From the NCBI GenBank assembly GCA_963815115.1, contig CAWFFN010000008.1:576001-640000 (forward strand): a stretch of 64,000 nucleotides of DNA. Direction: 5' to 3'. Of the stretch, positions 63,230 to 64,000 are shown in pieces. A program made the translations under genes and the position numbers. The notes beneath the pieces were generated by a model. That model worked only from the letters and a program-made list of their open reading frames with translations, was not told the origin of the DNA and did no database searches. Positions within the stretch are counted from its first letter, which is position 1. Each line of letters opens with the position of its first letter. The stretch comes from an uncultured delta proteobacterium. Its GTDB lineage: Bacteria > Desulfobacterota > Binatia > DP-6.

Positions 63230-64000
63230 TCAGCTCGACGGCTTGACCGCGAGGAAGATCGTGTTGTCGCCCCGCCGCACGAGGAACAGCACGCTCTTGC
63301 CCTTGCCCGCCCCGCGCATGATCTTGTTGTAGGCGCCGACGTCCTTCACCGGCGTGCGGTTCACCTCGACGATGACGTCGCCGCGCCGCATGCCCGCATC
63401 ACCCGCCGGGCCCGATGGATCGACCTGCGTCACCACGACCCCCTTCAGCCCGCGCTCGAGGCCGAGATTCTCCGCCAGCTCGGGGGTGAGGCTCTGCACC
63501 GTGATGCCGAGGTCCTCGCCACCGCCGCCTCCCGCCTGTGCGAGCTCCTCCTCGTCCTTCAGCTCGGCGATGGTGACCGTGAAGGTCTCCCGCTTCTTGT
63601 CGCGGATCACGGTGAGCTTCGCCGTCTTGCCGACCGTCGTGCGCGCCACGAGCAGCGGAAGCTCCGCCGAGTCGTTCACGGGCTTGCCGTCGAACTCGAC
63701 GATGACGTCGCCCTGCTTCAGGCCGGCGGCCTCCGCCGGGCCGTCCTTCACGACGTCCGCGACCAGTGCGCCCTTGGACTCGTCGAGTCCGAGCGACTCG
63801 GCGATGTCGGGCGTCACCTTCTGGATCATCACGCCGAGCCAGCCGCGGGTGACCTTTCCCTTGTCCTTCAGCTGCGGGACGATCTCCTTGGCCAGGTCGA
63901 TCGGGATCGCGAAGCCGATGCCGATGTTGCCGCCGCTGCGGCTGAAGATCGCCGTGTTGATGCCCACGACCTCGCCCTTGGTGTTGAGGAGCGGACCGCC
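63230..64000 (-). CDS. DegP/DegQ (Do) serine protease, C-terminal part with two PDZ domains; truncated by window edge
   Basis: GGPLLN..GEVVGINTAI..GIGFAIP, VTRGWLGV, two PDZ domains. Confidence 0.93.
   Translation of the reverse strand, partial: GGPLLNTKGEVVGINTAIFSRSGGNIGIGFAIPIDLAKEIVPQLKDKGKVTRGWLGVMIQKVTPDIAESLGLDESKGALVADVVKDGPAEAAGLKQGDVIVEFDGKPVNDSAELPLLVARTTVGKTAKLTVIRDKKRETFTVTIAELKDEEELAQAGGGGGEDLGITVQSLTPELAENLGLERGLKGVVVTQVDPSGPAGDAGMRRGDVIVEVNRTPVKDVGAYNKIMRGAGKGKSVLFLVRRGDNTIFLAVKPSS

Overview
This is a very GC-rich bacterial chromosome segment. Its gene content suggests a deltaproteobacterial-type lineage, possibly Candidatus Binatia (inference only). From left to right it holds: the 3' part of an alternative complex III operon continuing into SCO and an A2-type caa3 oxidase (actC-D-E-F-G-like, sco, coxBACD); secreted hydrolases (TSP3-repeat/SGNH esterase, GH15-like enzyme, penicillin-acylase family); an orphan OMF; an acyl-CoA dehydrogenase; a fabF-ArsA-ArsA unit; a QueT-type ECF transporter; and bamD. 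Next comes a SAM-I riboswitch-led sulfur operon (MoeB, ThrC/MetM-like PLP enzyme, ubiquitin-like sulfur carrier, CysM, NIL, degenerate ThiF, radical SAM, DASS transporter, Sat). It is followed by an ECF sigma/anti-sigma pair, polA, a GldAFG-like ABC system, hisC, two PaaI thioesterases, tam, a phd-vapC toxin-antitoxin pair, bepA, a heme/siroheme operon, mltD, mutM, rsmA, tsaD and a partial degP. The best candidate for an undescribed system is the sulfur operon. Its two E1-like genes have complementary defects, resembling a eukaryotic-style heterodimeric E1, and they sit beside an unexplained CX8CX2C radical SAM enzyme and a GG-R-capped carrier with no JAMM protease in the window. Also noted: a nested REP/REPIN-like palindrome family, a probable CTG start codon, and two homopolymer frameshifts (ECF sigma, hemA) that are probably assembly errors. 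No CRISPR array, tRNA, rRNA or transposase was seen.
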